DNA of 64,000 nucleotides from Negaprion brevirostris (taxonomy: Eukaryota), in contig JARDVH010000001.1 in assembly GCA_030324005.1 (NCBI GenBank), positions 86,097,106-86,161,105 on the forward strand. Reading direction: 5' to 3'. Shown here piece after piece: positions 62,703 through 64,000 of this stretch. Made by a program: the position numbers and the translations under genes. Below the pieces are notes generated by a model. That model saw only the letters and a program-made list of their open reading frames with translations. It did no database searches and was not told the DNA's origin. How positions within the stretch are numbered: position 1 is the first letter of the stretch; each line of letters begins with the position of its first letter.

Positions 62703-63232
62703 TGGTGGTACAGTGACACAGTGGTTAGTTCTGCTGCCTCACAGCGCTCGGGACCCAGGTTCAATTCTGGACTTGGGTAACTGTCTGTGTGTTTACACAT
62801 TCTTCCTGAGTCTGCATGCGTTTCCTTTGGGTGCTCTCATTTCCTCTTGCAGTTCAAAGGTGTGCAGGTCAGGTAGATTAGCCATGGTAAATATGTGGCA
62901 TTACGGGGATATGGCAGGGCGGGCTGGGGCAGTGGGCAGGCCACTCTTTCAGAGAGTTGGTGCATGGAGCTTCCATGGGCCAAATAGCCTCACAGTGCCA
63001 GGGATCCGGGTTCAATTCTGGCCTTAGGGGACTGTGTGGAGTTTGACCTTCTCTGTGTCTGCATTGGTTTCCTCTGGGTGCTCCGGTTTCCTCTCACAGT
63101 CCAAAGATGTGCAGGTCGGGTGAATTAGCCATGGTAAATGTGTGGGGTTATTGCAATAGGGTGAGAGGGCAGCTCTTCTGGAGACCCTCGATGAGCCAAA
63201 TTGCTTTATTCTGCACTGTAGGGATTGTATAA
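62703..63232 (+). mobile_element. Two fused V-SINEs in tandem (62703-62991 and 62987-63232)
   Basis: The first has box A/B and the V-domain and stops at GGGCCAAATAGCCTC. The second begins at GCCTCACAGTGCCAGGGATCCGGGTTCAATTC and runs to a complete tail. Confidence 0.88.
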
Positions 63233-63824
63233 TTAATAGTCCCTTTGTTTTAGTAAAATTCACAGAAACATCACTGTAGCAAAGATATTGTCCTATGATT
63301 TATTGAAGACAATGCTATCCTACAAAATCAATTTTGGTCAAGTTGGACAAATAAAACATACCACTGTGGAGATTCCTTATATGGTAGAAACTCCTAAGCC
63401 ACATTTTTGTGAATAGTTTGAATATATATATCACACATTTTATGTTTAATTTTTTAAGATTAGGCGGATTGAGCAATCGAAAAAGCTTTGATGTAAAAGA
63501 TTATATTAGAAAAAAAAATCAATAGTTTACACTGGAAATAAAATCCATTCAAACACTGCTCCAACATTAATCTAAGGATTAGTGTAGTGCAATGTNNNNN
63601 NNNNNAAATTGGCTATGCATCATTTCACAAATAATGTGCTATTAGATGTCAATTAAGAACACCCAGATTTCAGTTAATCTTCACATGCAAGGTGAAAGCA
63701 ATTTTCTGTTTTGTTGTTGTAGATTTAGCTTTGATACCTAGAACAATAAACAATGAAAGGGAATGATTGAATGTACTTTGATTGTCAAATGGGTAAGGAC
63801 ATTTCTTCATATGATGCAAAGTCA

Positions 63825-64000
63825 TAGAGGCTGGAAGGTGCAAGTTTAATTCCTGATCTGTGCTGAGGCAGTTGAGACACTAAATGGGTCCTGCACCTTC
63901 AAGCTAGGTTAAAAATTAGCTGATACTAATTGCTATCTAGTGACCCCTGCTGGAAAGCACACATGCATGGATTTTGGATGTGAACGAGGTTGCTCATTTA
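63825..64000 (+). repeat. Old SINE-like repeat fragment
   Basis: GAAGGT..AGTTTAATTCCTGATCTGTGCTGAG..GCTATCTAGTGACCCCTGCTGGAAAG; recalled as a recurrent shark repeat, family not named. Confidence 0.4.

Overview
Eukaryotic genomic DNA, AT-rich and repeat-rich, from a fragmented draft assembly with many N gaps. The repeat complement (HE1/V-SINE-type, Deu-domain SINE, CR1, Rex1, L2) points to a cartilaginous fish, probably a shark (inference). The only host gene recognised is protocadherin-7 (PCDH7, delta-1 protocadherin) on the minus strand. Its large first coding exon (about 48773..45687) sits in a CpG island and encodes a signal peptide, 7 cadherin repeats, the TM segment and the proximal cytoplasmic tail. 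Its leader and promoter lie to the right (about 48.8-52 kb), and everything to the left is probably intron 1. The rest is decayed transposons: SINEs, CR1/L2/Rex1/Tx1-like LINEs, a PIF/Harbinger transposase relic, palindromic MITEs and Penelope-like fragments. The most notable observations are: minimal type-I hammerhead-ribozyme motifs in Penelope-like repeats (one near-intact at about 59.18 kb, two decayed tandem copies at 1.3-1.75 kb); a chain of three overlapping uORFs before the PCDH7 start; a broken Ca2+-binding DxNDN linker in PCDH7 that may be a base-calling artefact; and a nested Tx1/SINE stack with head-to-head SINEs. Family assignments come from recalled motifs and consensus sequences, not database searches, and repeat boundaries are approximate.
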